From assembly GCA_002189035.1 (NCBI GenBank), contig NEEC01000009.1, positions 2,418,001 through 2,482,000 of the forward strand: 64,000 bases of DNA, in the 5' to 3' direction. This document shows positions 25,208 through 37,669 of the stretch, piece after piece. The translations under genes and the position numbers were made by a program. The DNA is from Utricularia gibba (taxonomy: Eukaryota > Plantae > Magnoliophyta). Each line of letters opens with the position of its first letter. Position 1 is the stretch's first letter. The notes under the pieces were generated by a model that searched no databases, was not told where the DNA came from, and saw only the letters and a list, made by a program, of their open reading frames with translations.

Positions 25208-26855
25208 TCACGCCCTTTCATATTTCTTTGCAAAATCTTTGAGCAGTAATCTTTGTTTAAAATCAAGGTATTGATCTAAGCTCGTTCCAGCCCATTGCTT
25301 GCAAAAGCACTCATCCGTTGGGACAAAATAACTCAAAGGAAATGGCCCTTTTGGAGTCCTCTTTATGGAAACCAAGAAGCGATGCCGAGGTCTAATCCTT
25401 TGATCCAGTGACAAGCTAAGATAAGTTGGGTACTTTGTTAGAGAGTGGACGTCATTCTGGAGTTCGTTGATCAGGTACATATATTTTGGCTTCAGATTCC
25501 GCTCCAGAGATAGTGAAAAGACCTGCAGCATTGAGCATGTAGCTCTGAATAATTGAAGCATGCCAATAAAACATTAGAGGATTAACTACAAAGGAAGAAG
25601 AAGAAGAAGAAAGCAGACCTGCGTAATGCTGGTTAATACTTTCAGTATGTCATGATTCTTCATCCCAATACTTCTTAAGAAATGAATCCTTGGTTGTAAG
25701 CCATCTTCAATACTGTAATGAAGAATTTGAGGATGTTTTGTGACCATCTTCACTATGTTCTGTCTAGGAGATCCCAACTCATTCGTTAAAAAACTGAGAC
25801 GAGAATTCCATGCAGTTTCTATACGTTGAACTAGAATTTGAGGACTTAGTTGCACCACTTTACCAATATCAGTTTCCTGGATTCCTATTTCATCCTGCAA
25901 ATACTTAACTGTAGGCTTCAACGAACCTTCAACACTATACGAGAAAAGCGAAGGAGTAGCTGCGATTATATTCCCTATTCTGGACTCTGGGATGCCTAAA
26001 CCAACCAAGAAGCAAACATGGGGCTTGAGATTGTTTTCCACACTGTACTCCAGAATTTGAGGCTGCCGCAGTATTATTTTTCTGACATCCCTCTGTTTCA
26101 CACCAACACTTAACAAGTATTCCAGCCTTTCCTTAGCAGAGTCCACATTAATCTGAAGAGATGGCATGTGCCTCTCATACATCTGGATGAAGTGGGATTC
26201 ATCGAGTCCAAACGTGCTGAGATAATCAAGAAGTGCTGAACATCTTCCATCTAAGCCAATTTCGTCCAATAAACTGCAAAACCTGCTCCTAGAAGAGCTT
26301 TTGGGAACCTGAATCAACAGAGAGCCTGAGTCATATCATTCACAACATGGAAGGAAACATAAGCAGTTATCGATCAATAACTAGATGAACAATGCACAAA
26401 ATCAGATCACTTTGAACACAAAAGCAACTAAAAGGAGATATGAAACTGAGCTAATGGATGCAGTAATCATGAGTTCATATCATGAGTTCATATCAAGTAT
26501 TCTGATCGAAAGCATGCCAAATGCAACATATATCGTGGGGAAAAAAATCATGCGACAGAAAGTAAGCAAAGAAACAAACGTCGGAAAACCAATTGTCATC
26601 CTCATCCACGCCATCTTCACCATCAGCATCGTATGTAGAGAGCGGCTGGCCGAACTTGGAGCGGCGTTTTGGGTTCAAAATCCTGTGACTGGACTGCCGC
26701 GACACCACTCTCCCTGTAAGACGACAGTGGCGGCGACCGAGGCAGCTAGATTGAACGGAGTGAATCTGCTGGGTCCTTGAGAAGAAATTGAGACGCGAGG
26801 GAGCAAGCGCGTGGTGGTTCATCGCCGCCGCGGAGATGGAGGAACGGTGAAACAT
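25208..26855 (-). CDS. MTERF9: Plastid mTERF protein, mTERF9/TWIRT1-like (3 exons)
   Basis: Transit-peptide-like N-terminus, NPKRRSKFGQPLSTYD, LDYLSTFGL..HFIQMYERHMPSLQIN, mTERF repeats, YLSLSLDQRIRPRHRFL, QWAGTS. Confidence 0.92.
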
Positions 26856-27108
26856 TACATTACATTGACGGCGAATCGCCACATACCACCGTAACCATCT
26901 GTAACCTTATCCAGCTGTTGTCTTCGCTTAAAGAACCATTCCCGTGTTGGGTTGTGTCAAGACGGCATCCACGTGGATTAATCTGAGCTTTGCCGGTCGT
27001 GTGGTTGTAAGTGAACGAGAAGCAGAAGATTCAGCCAGGGTACCCTGAAGTTGCATTACAAGAGGCTGCTCTAGTTCCTTGTCTTCGTTCTTCACAGAAC
27101 AAGCACAA

Positions 27109-27839
27109 ATGCATCCTGCTTCAGCCATCTCTTCTTCTCTTCATCTCTTCCCCTGCCTGAGAGCATACCCATCAACCCGTACAACTTTATCAATAAACAA
27201 ACACTCTCAGTTCACCACAAGTTTACCATCAACTACTGCATTTGCAGTGGACAACGTCTCGAATCCCGTTACCTTTGACCCGTCTCAAGCTCAAGTCACT
27301 TGGCAGATCCTCGTAGGGGCTCTAGGTAACAACGAATTCATTCAATTCCGAGTCCCTTTGCTGCTTAATCATCCCTAGCTGGTTCTGATGGATTTGAAAC
27401 ATGTGCAGCTGGTGTTGTTCCTTTTGTGGTTGCCGGAGTTGAGTTCAGCAAGAGAATTGTGGGCAACTCTGTGCTCAAGTTTGTCAGCAGGTATATCTTC
27501 ATGTGAGTCCTGTCCTAAAGTTCAGTTCTTTTCCAACTGCAGGCTGCACAGAGGAACTGCGAAGTGTGTAAGGGGTCAGGACTTGTTTTGGCGGACAACA
27601 AGCAATACTTCCGGTGCCCTGGCTGCGGTAAGATAACTGTAAAGTTCAGCTCTTTTCAGCATGTTTCCAAAACCAGTTCCAATTTTAAAATTCATCTGCA
27701 TGCGAAATCTCAAATCAAAATCTCCTTTGAGCTAGCACACAAAGACAACGATCACAGTTGCTCGTGTTCATAACGGTCGGGTTTGCTTGCAGGCGGGTTT
27801 TTGCCATGGCAATCTTGGAGAAGATTCTTCAGGGGTTAG
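27109..27839 (+). CDS. Plastid-targeted single-pass membrane protein with CxxC...CxxC zinc ribbon (4 exons)
   Basis: Exons 27109-27325, 27409-27458, 27543-27627 and 27793-27839 are in frame: ...QVTWQILVGALAGVVPFVVAGVEFSKRIAAQRNCEVCKGSGLVLADNKQYFRCPGCGGFLPWQSWRRFFRG*. Confidence 0.85.
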
Positions 27840-28031
27840 GAGAAAAGCTTCAGTGCATCAACTTTGTAATGAGGATTAGCAACACAGTTAAGTTCACAGG
27901 GATTATCTCAATGTATGGAATTATGAGTAACTTGATACAACTTGACCCCAAACAGAGAATCAAGGAAACACAATTATTCATATTGCTATCCAATCCCAGA
28001 AAAACAATAACTGCCTGACAATAAGGAATGG

Positions 28032-28130
28032 GTACTTGAAACTCCATTGGGCATCAAGCTGCTACTACATGCTCAATAAGAAATGTGTACTTGAAACTCT
28101 ATTGTCAGAGGGCATCAAGCTGCTACATTG
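28032..28130. repeat. Imperfect ~40-nt direct duplication
   Basis: gtacttgaaactccattgggcatcaagctgctac (28032) and gtacttgaaactctattgtcagagggcatcaagctgctac (28087). Confidence 0.8.
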
Positions 28131-28141
28131 CCAAAATCTGT

Positions 28142-28588
28142 TTACTTCTCTTCTGCTTTCCTTGGCTGGAAGCACATGGGAATTATTAGTGACAGTTTAG
28201 GGAAGCTGAAGCATAGTAGCCATGCGTGTACCTTGATCCCTTTAAAGGGCTGATGTAATTCATCTTCTGGGATAATAACAGGCCACTTCTCTCCAGCTTC
28301 CAGAAACATTTGCTCAGTCTCAAGATATTGACCCTTTTCCAGGATTAAGTTGCGAATATGTTGTGCACTGGTGGAAGTTGCATCAAAGGTTTCATCAATG
28401 CCGTTGACAAATGTTACTGTGATACTAGGTACACAATCATCAGTGCGGCGCTTAACATGGACCTGGCAACTCGGATTTGACTCCTTGGCCTTGCGTGCAT
28501 TGCACTGAGCCAAGAATTCCATACATGAAGCTAGTCGAGGGTCCAGTGCATTGAACTCAATTTTGACCTTCGACAAGAACTTTAACAT
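28142..28588 (-). CDS. MRPL53: Mitochondrial large-subunit ribosomal protein mL53
   Basis: MLKFLSKVKIEFNALDPR..CMEFLAQCNARKAKESNP..ILEKGQYLETEQMF. A short intron precedes the terminal PRKAEEK*. A leader exon and intron lie upstream to ~29280. Confidence 0.9.
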   Translation of the reverse strand: MLKFLSKVKIEFNALDPRLASCMEFLAQCNARKAKESNPSCQVHVKRRTDDCVPSITVTFVNGIDETFDATSTSAQHIRNLILEKGQYLETEQMFLEAGEKWPVIIPEDELHQPFKGIKVHAWLLCFSFPKLSLIIPMCFQPRKAEEK

Positions 28589-28957
28589 TCTTCTTCTTTT
28601 TTATTGTTTCTGAATAATACAAAAAAAAAATTGAGACTCACATCAATGCATATAGTGTGATCAAGAAACTACCAACACATCACGCTATGAACACAAATAA
28701 GGCCCAATCATCCGGAAGAACCAACATACAATATTGAGTAAAAAAATGAATATACTGCACTGCGTCTGTCAAATAAAGAACTTGATCAAAACAGCGGTAA
28801 TTAGCAGCTCAGACAACACCAAACCGCTGAAGATGAATAAAAGAAAACGTTTCTTGACGCGCACTACCACCCAACGATTGTTTCCCCAGAGTTCTTACTA
28901 CGATGTATTAGGTTTTCAACTTTGAAACCACAAACATTATCTACCACACAGGGCACA

Positions 28958-28966
28958 AAACCCTAA
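28958..28966 (+). promoter_or_regulatory. Telo-box AAACCCTAA in the MRPL53 leader region
   Basis: Exact motif present. Telo-boxes are typical of plant ribosomal-protein genes, but function here is untested. Confidence 0.4.
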
Positions 28967-29757
28967 TCCTCTTTCTCAAAAAAAAAAAAAAAAGACCCAT
29001 CCCTCTGCGACAAACGGAATCGAAAAAGTACAAACTCACACACACGCGCCAACACGGACGCGCCGGAAGGGTGAAAGCGTCGAACGGAATCGAAAAGTAA
29101 TAATCTATCTGCAGCAACGCAACAGGTGTAGAAATTGACAATGCCAGACGAAAAACCTAGCAACCGGAGATGAAAGCAGTGTACCTCAAAAGAACAAGAT
29201 CTGAGACGAAGTCCAACCCAGGCAGTCCAGGCAAACGCGAAGCCACCCACAAGTCACCACAACATTCTGCAAATGACAGACCGGCGAGCAATTTTCATTC
29301 ATTTTTAATTATATCATGCAAATCATTTTGTATGTTTTTTTTCGAAAATATTTTTAAAATAAAATTTTTTTAATCGATAATAAACTATTTTCTAATAGTA
29401 ATAAATTAATATTTTACTTTATCTTATAGCTGGTTAATAATATTATTTTATATCTAATATACTCCCCAAAATTTGATTTGAAGAATATAATAATAATAAA
29501 ATAAAAATGGTCAAACCCCCCAACTTGTCGCTGGAAAAGGAGGAAGAAACGGAACTGCTCTACTTCCTCAGTCAAGTATTCTGCTGTGGCACCACAGACT
29601 TGAAAACAAAATGCTGTGGCTTCTGCAAACCTCCTGAGTTCAGTGGGTAAGTAAAATGTGTACATGCAGTTTTCTCCTGGATTGAGGTGGGAAGATCAAA
29701 TTTTTATGTAGATTTTTCGAGTTTTTTCATCATTCTGTTGCCTGTGCAGCCTGAGAA

Positions 29758-31277
29758 ATGGAGCACGACGAGGCGGAGGTGGTGCTGTTCCACAGAATAT
29801 GCAGACTGGAACCAGAACCCATCGTAAAGAGGATCTTTGGATATTTATACTTTCAAGGGGTTTCCAATCAGGAAATGATAAGACTAGCCATAGGCTCTGA
29901 TGCCTCGATCCATAGGTTGATCCGCATTGCGAAGAGTGCGCGGATTCTGGAGCCCGGGACTGCTGGTTTTTGTATGGCGACAGATCTTGCTTCGCCTGTG
30001 GCTCCGGCGAAGTACCATCTCCACGAAGGGGAATTCAATGGTGTGGGGCTGACAGATATGAGGAGTTGGCGGCTGGATTATCGTTCCAGCAACGGATACT
30101 GCGACGATATGTCTCTGGAGAAGCTGGAGTACGAGATCCGGGAGCTGCTGAAGTGCCACAGAGGCAGCCCCGTGTCGATAGCTTCTCTCCCGATGCTGTA
30201 CTTTGAGAAGTATGGCAAGACTCTCCAAGCTGATGGGTACTTGACGGAGAGCCAGAGACATGGGAGGGCTGGTTACAGTTTGACGAGGCTGCTCGCTCGT
30301 CTCAGCAGCAGCATCCGTCTCATCGACAGGGCGCACGGGCAGCATGCTGTCATGCTCGCACAATATGATGATCCTGGGCCATCCCTTGACTCTGCATCTC
30401 GACAAATCTACCTCACTTTTCCTGCTGACAGTGCCTTTCATGAGGAAGATGTAGCCATTTATTTCAGGTCGACTGCATCAACTTTTTGATATTCGTTTCA
30501 TTTTTCAGAACATGCTACTTGTTAAAACTATGCGTATACTCAGATTGAAATGTACTTCGTGTTTGCAGTCTGTTTGGACAAGTGCAGGATGTGAGAATTC
30601 CTAGCCAACAGAGACGGATGTTTGGGTTTGTCACCTTTTTTGATACTGAAACTGTGAAACTTGTGTTATCCAAGAGGAATCCACACTACGTTTGTGATGC
30701 TAGAGTCCTTGTAAAACCTTATAAAGAGAAATCAAAGGTTACTGAGAGGTAAATAGCTATTCACTCTATTGCTATTATTGTTGGTATCTTCCATTTCATG
30801 AATGTTCTTTGCTAAACTGTGCAACTTTCTCTTTGTTATTTTTCATAAAAGGAAGTACATTGAAAAGCTGGATCACCATCATCACAAAATTACTACTAAT
30901 CCCAAGATACATCCAGGTGAGATCCAATTTCTAACAACCGTTGATATTCACAACAACAACAAATTTTCTAATGCTTCCATAGAGTTTGAAGGATGGTTCT
31001 CACCTACATTGATGTCCATGAAAAGTGGCCACCATTTGATGGATGCTAATCATAGCGGCTCAACCAATGATCATGAAGAAAGCAAGGTTTGTAACAACGA
31101 TCATGAAGATGATGAGAGGTACTCATGAAAAACTAATGTTTTTATACTCTCACTTGATGGTTTTGAGTCAGTTATTTGTTTCAATGATGCAGCAGTCTAG
31201 GAATAAAACTTCCGGAAAACCCCTTTGATTGCAGCAATGAGCACACAAATAACGAGGGTTTGGAGTTCAGCATATGA
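29758..31277 (+). CDS. LOTUS/OST-HTH + RRM RNA-binding protein, C3H18-like but with no CCCH finger
   Basis: LEPE..KRIFGYL N-domain; [45 protein letters not shown] (OST-HTH); [37 protein letters not shown] (RRM); C-terminal KLPENPF. Confidence 0.85.
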
Positions 31278-31633
31278 GCTTCTATGGATGATAAAGAAGG
31301 GTGCTTGGTTGAGATGTGAATATACTTACCGATCACCTCTGAATAATCCCAGAGCACGACGGCAAAAAAGGGTGCTTCTGGATTGCAACATTCTGACATG
31401 CTCTGTAGCAATGGTTATGGTTTGGATCTCATATGGGTGCAGACCCAGTCCCACTAATGGACAGGTGCCTGCTGCAATGTAGGATCTTGTAGCATGATTC
31501 TAATTTCTCCTATAAAAAGTGTTTCTACAATTACTTCATCTTTTCAGCATCACAACATATGAAACAAGTCAAAATCTTCCATGTCAAACCATAGAGAAGG
31601 TTTAGTTGTAATCAGAAGGCAATACATGGAGAT

Positions 31634-32741
31634 TTACCTTGAAACATTAGGGAATGTGTCTGTTTTCTCACACTCATAGTATTCTGTCAAATAAGCCAAT
31701 GCTTCTGAGTTAGTGTTGCAGACTTTCCACAAGGCGGCAACTTCGTTGTTCGAGACAGTCCCCACCGCTCACATTCATCAATGAATTCCAGTAATTTGGA
31801 GTAAAAGGAATCATAGTTCATCAGCAGAAATGGCACAGGGAGAACTGAACCAATTCTTTGAAGCTGAATCAATGCAAGAACCTCAAATGCTTCATCAAGA
31901 GTCCCGATTCCACCTGGCAACATAACGACAGCAGTCTTATCTGCGCTAGTTGCTCGCATGGCTGCATCAACTAATCCATGCTTCCTCGCGGAAAAGTATC
32001 TGAATGCAGAATAAAGCAATGACATATCGAATGAGAAATGCACAATACCAGTATACTATCATCACATACCTACAAGTTATGTAATTTTGCAATGGAAGAT
32101 ATGGATGAATATTTGTAGCAGTCCATTCTCCAGCTTCTTTGCTGATTTTAAATCCACCAACAGGCTTTCCTGCTTCCAGAGCCCCTTTGGTTACAGCATC
32201 CATAAGCCCTGGTCCAGCACCTGACCATGAAGTACAATTTAACAGATTTGCAATCTGCCAAGAAAAAAAAAAGCATATTGAAAATCAACAGATATTGTTC
32301 TTCAACAAATTTCAAAAACATCATCAAAACTGGATTCAGAATTGCTCACTTCTTTCCCTAATTCAAATGTTTGTTCATAATGGGGATGCCCAGGCCCCAA
32401 CCTTGCAGAACCTAAGTACACCACTCCTCTACCCAGTCTCTGTATAAGCTCATAGCACTTTTCAATCTCTTTCTTCACCTTCAGCAAACAGAAGAAAAAC
32501 TAACATGCTTCAAGATGCAGACGAACACAAGTAATCCCACTTTTAATACCTCAGCAGGGCTTTTTCGCTCCAATTCAACCCCATCAAGATTATAGCAAAA
32601 GGGCTTCAATCGAAAGTTGAGAACTCGCGATATTGCTTTGAATCTTTTGCTTCCTCCCCTCAATACTAGCTCCTTTAATGGGCAAGCCTTAACCCGATGA
32701 AAAATCAATGTAGCGCCCGGACAAAGAATTGAATGGCCCAT
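31634..32741 (-). CDS. LOG/lysine-decarboxylase-like family protein with plastid-type N-terminus; apparent -1 frameshift at 31760-31763
   Basis: VVYLGSAR, WSGAGPGLMDA, YFSARKHGLVDA, PGGIGTLDE motif. The conserved tail WGTVSNNEVAALWKVC..EALAYL lies in the shifted frame. Confidence 0.88.
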
Positions 32742-32909
32742 TTTCCTGAATCACCAATGAAGCAACCTCTAGCAGCAGCACCAATCCTTGGGTTCCATGA
32801 TTTTATCCACAGTACGCCCCAAGTCAAAACTGTACTGGAATTCGGTCATCGGAACAAGAACAGGACTCCGCCACTTCGGGCTAAAATACTGTATTTAATA
32901 TATTTTATT

Positions 32910-32935
32910 GAGAGAAAGAGAGAGAGAGAGAAAGA
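32910..32935. repeat. GA-rich tract in the divergent LOG-like/TRN1 promoter
   Basis: gagagaaagagagagagagagaaaga read directly from the sequence. Confidence 0.7.
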
Positions 32936-33045
32936 CCATCAGTTTCTTTGCTTCCAAGCCCAGAAAAAGCAGTTCTTTACTTGGTGTAGGGTTTTGTGGT
33001 CTCAACACATCATGAGCCCTGCATGTGATGAAAACATGAAGAAGA

Positions 33046-36000
33046 ATGGTGTTAGAGGGCGATGCCAGGGATCTCAGATGGGCACACGTGGCTGCCTGGC
33101 GCCGCAGTGTTTCGTTCTCGCTGAATCAGCCATCTTCGCGGTGCGATCAACAAGCGGATAATGATGCCATCAAAGTAGATATCAGTAAAGATGATGTTCG
33201 CGAGTTCTCTCGGATTCTGCTCCTCCTTCGAGGAAACTCTGCGCTCAGAAACTTGGACTTTGGTGAGGTGGAATGGGACGAGGAAGGGATTGCGCATTTG
33301 TGCTGGATACTCGAAAACTGTTCCCTGGAGCGGTTGGTTTTTCAGAAGAACAAGTTTGAGGTACATGGGTTGAGGGAGTTGATGTCAAGTCTGGGGAGAA
33401 GCAAATGTGTCAAAGAACTGGTATGGTCTCGATCTGGGATCAGGGGATCAGAAGGAATCGAATTGCTTGCTAATGCTCTCGTGGGAAATACTTCTTTGGA
33501 AGATCTGCAAATACGGCAAGTCTCGATTGGATCAAAGGGAGCAGAGGAGCTATCCAAGATGATACAGGTGAACTCATCTCTAAAGATGCTGAAACTCTAC
33601 GACTTGCGGATCGTAACAGCCACACCGTTGATTTCTGCAGTTTTGGAGAGTAATAGATCATTGGAAATGCATGCATGGAGTAATGGAGAAGGTGGGAATG
33701 ATTCAAAGATGGTTGAATGCGTACCTGAAACCGGCCTTCTCCATGTGTTCAACATGGATTTTTCAGGTGCCCGCAGGGTTGCTTCTTCTTTGGGTGTGAA
33801 CTCTACCATCAGAATTCTTGATTTGAATGGAATCCAGCTGAAACCGCAGTGGGCAAAGGAGTTCGGGAGGGTTCTCGAGCAGAATCTAACACTCAGGGAG
33901 GCGAAGCTTTCCAGAACAGGTCTCACAGACCAGGGAGTTATTTATGTTGCAGCAGGGCTTTTCAAGAACAAGAGCCTAGAAAAGCTGTTCCTTGAAGGGA
34001 ATTCATTTTCAGGAGTTGGTGTAAACCATTTACTCTGCCCTCTGAGCAAGTTTTCCTTGCAGCAAAAACAAGCAAATACCTTCCTCAAAACTGTAACTTT
34101 TGGCGGAGGAAGAACAAAGGTCGGCAGAGATGGGCTAAAGGCTCTACTACATATGTTGAAAACCAACGAAAGCCTCACCTTCCTGGGAATATATGGCGAC
34201 CACAGCTTGAGTCCGGAGAGCATAGCCAAAATCTTCAAGAGCCTGGAAGGAAATGCAACCTTAAAACAATTATCTCTACAAGGGTGCAAAGGTGTGAAGG
34301 GTGAGCCTTTGCTGCAAGCCATAATAGAACTGTTGAATGTAAATTCATCAATAGAAGACATTGACCTTGCAAGGACTCCACTTCACGCTACTGGGAGAGC
34401 ACAAGCTATATGTCAGAGATTAAACCGGACTGAGAGTCTCGAGCCCATTGCCGATAATCTTGATGACATGCCAATGGTGCCGGTCAGGACTTGCCGCGTT
34501 TTCCTCTGTGGTGACGAATTTGCTGGTATGCATCAAATCTTATTACACGAATCTAATGAAGCATGCGTGTATGAAATGTACATATTCTGTGTGCTATATA
34601 GGTAAGAGCACAATATGCAGCTCCATATCACAAAGTATTTTGATTCCAAATCTTGCTGGGTTTGATCAACTGAGAATTTTTGTGAATACTATTAACCGAG
34701 CTATTGAAGCACCAGGCATCAAGATAAGAACAATGAGGGATGCAGAGACGAAGATCATGATGTGGAATCTAGCTGGGCACCATGAGATGTATTCCATGCA
34801 TGATGTTATGTTTCCCGGACCTGGTACTGCATCTCTATTTCTCATCATATGCAGCTTGGTCAGAAAACCAAGCAACACCGAGCCGAAATCCCCGAGTGAG
34901 ATTGAAGAAGATCTAGAGTGTTGGTTAGAGTTCATTCTTTCCAACTCAAGACGAGCAGCACAACAATGCATGTTACCGATGGTCACAACGGTGCTAACTC
35001 ATTGTGACAGAATAAATCAGCTACCTGACTTCCTTCAGACTACAGTAAGTGTAGTCCATAAGATGAGAAACAAATTCTGCGGCTTACTAGATTGCCATCC
35101 CACTATCTTTACAGTTAATGCAAGATTGACAGAATCAGTGAGTGAGCTCAGTCATCATATCAGAAAAACAAGCAGGGCCATTATAGAAAGGGTTCCACAA
35201 GTTTACCAGGATGTCATTGATATGGTGGAATTGCTATCAGGATGGAGGCAGCAAAACCGAAACAAACCTGTGATGAAATGGGAAGAATTCGCTGAGCTAT
35301 GTCAAAACAGGATACCGTCTCTAAGAATTCACTCAAGGCGTGCCAATAAAGACAAGGTAGAGATAAGGAGGAGAACAGTAGCTAAAAACCTTCATCAGAT
35401 AGGAGAGTTAGTTTACTTTGATGATTTGGAGTTCTTGATCTTAGATCACCAGTGGTTTCACAGCAAGCTACTTACTAGGCTCACAGCAATAGACGCTAGA
35501 ACAAAAGGTTCTGGTGAGAATAGTGGATTCATAAGCCAACCGGAACTTGAAAAGATTTTAGCACAAAGCTTGCAGATTCGATTTCCAGGTATGGGATTGA
35601 ATATCATGGAGACCTTCAGGGCAAATGACCTGATACAAATAATGCTGAAAATGGAGCTTTGTTATAAACAATATCCATCAGATCCTTATTCTCCCCTACT
35701 CTTCCCCTCAAACATGGAAGAAAACAAGATGAGAGAACAGAGATGGCCTCTGAACACTCCTGAATGTAAATATGTAGGGCGCCGTCTTCAGTCAGATGAT
35801 ATAAACTACATGTTCTTCAGAACAGGCTTCTTCCCTCGCTTGCAGGCATGTTCGTTAAATGCTAGAAACTATCATCTTTTCTCTTTTCTCTTTTTCGCAC
35901 TTTAAGTCATCTTGGATTAGCAGAGACAGATTCACCTGTTATCTGAAAAAGTTGATCTTATTATTTTCAGGTAGAACTGTACAACAAAATCATGGGGTTA

Positions 36001-37338
36001 ACGAAACATCATGGAGCATTTTTCAGCCTTGAGAAATGCCTTCTCAAAATAAATATAAATGGAATCTATGTCCGTATAGAAGTTGGAAGACAACAAGGCT
36101 ACTGCATCGACTTACTGGCATGTTCAACAAAGAGTCAAACAGAAATGCTTAGGGTTTTGGAACAAGTCATGATACCAGAGATTCATAGGTTCTGCAGTGG
36201 GATCACATTCATGGAGTGTGCCCTTCGTTCAGAATGTGCGAGAATACTGATACCTTTCAAGTACAGAAGAACCCAGTTTGTTCCTCTGCACAACCTGAAG
36301 CAAGCACTCCTTGCTCTTCCGGCAGAAATGATGTATGATTATCAACACTCATGGGATCCTGTTACAGATTCAAGAAAAACTATTATCCTTGGACATGGCT
36401 TTGATTTTGCCAGAGATATGCTTTCAGATGATGGCTTCAAAGAGGTACTCAGTTGTCGATATACTGACATTTATAACCTTGCCATGGAACTTCAAGTCCC
36501 AGAAGAAAGCCGGCAAGATCCTCCTCATGACGACGACAAAATAAAAATATCAGTAGAGCCAACACTATCGGGGTTGGCCAAGGGTGTGGAAGCAATTCTG
36601 CAAAGACTGAATATCATCCAGCAAGAAATAAGAGATATCAAACAAGAAATCCAAGGCATGAGATACTATGAACAGAAACTTCTAATGCAGCTGCATCACA
36701 CAATGAAATTCCTTGTAAACTTCAACGTTCAACTTGAAGAAAGAAAAGTACCAAACATGTTCTATTTTGTCAGAACAGAGAAGCTCTCAAGAAGACTGAT
36801 TACCAGCATTATTTCAGGAATGACAGCCTTGCGACTACACATGATGTGTGAATATAGGCAAGAAATGCATGTCGTGGAAGACCAGATTGGCTGTGAAGTG
36901 ATGCAGATAGACAATAGCACGGTTAAAACCCTAGCCCCATACATGACAAAGTTCATGAAACTTGTCACTTTTGCTCTTAAAATTGGAGCTCATTTGGCTG
37001 CTGGGATGGGAGAAATGATACCAGATCTAAGCCGGCAGGTCGCTCACTTGCTTCAGTCACCGTCAACATCTTTGTATGCCGTCTTGGGTGCTGGCGCTGT
37101 AGCTTCTGCTGCTGCAACAAGACGCAGAGATGGCTCAACTGACATTCGAAGTGACATTGGAAGTGCACAGCAATGGCTGTTGAGTTTTCTAAAGGAAAAC
37201 GGATGCTCAACTGGAAAAGACATAGCTGAGAAGTTTGGATTATGGCGTGTCAGATACAGGAACGATGGTCAAATTGCATGGATTTGCAGGAGGCATATGC
37301 TAACAAGAGGTCATGAGATAATCGAATTGCCCGGCTAA
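33046..37338 (+). CDS. TRN1: TORNADO1/LOPPED1 (LRR + Roc/COR-like GTPase), 3 exons
   Basis: Exons 33046-34525, 34602-35845 and 35971-37338 (the second intron is GC-AG). RI-like LRRs, RVFLCGDEFAGKST, MWNLAGHHE, VLTHCD, KFGLWRVRYRNDGQIAWICRRH. Confidence 0.93.
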
Positions 37339-37669
37339 GGGCATCATATTCAATGATCTTATATTCTTACAGTTCCATATCATGGCATCATTCAAAATTC
37401 ATTCAATGTAAAGTGAACGAGAGAAGGGATTTCCCCATAACATACAAGAAAAAGTCTTACACGCAGGATTTATTTTTCACAAACCGAAGAATTTGATCTG
37501 ACAGATTACGAGCATGAGTACATAATACAATGGCATGTAAGTTTAAAAGCTTCATTTTGAACATTGAATACTAAAAATGAATACTAATACAGACTAGGAA
37601 AGGGTTAGAACGAAAAAGGGAAGATTGCAGATGTGCATTACATGGAACCAGCTTTCTGGCTTATGTATA

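Noticed and set aside
29884-30441. Long antisense or alternative-frame ORFs over GC-rich genes (also 7291-8642, 38688-39631, 40819-41580, 54989-55603)
   Set aside because: These are expected by-products of stop-poor GC-rich or low-complexity coding sequence, with no independent motifs.
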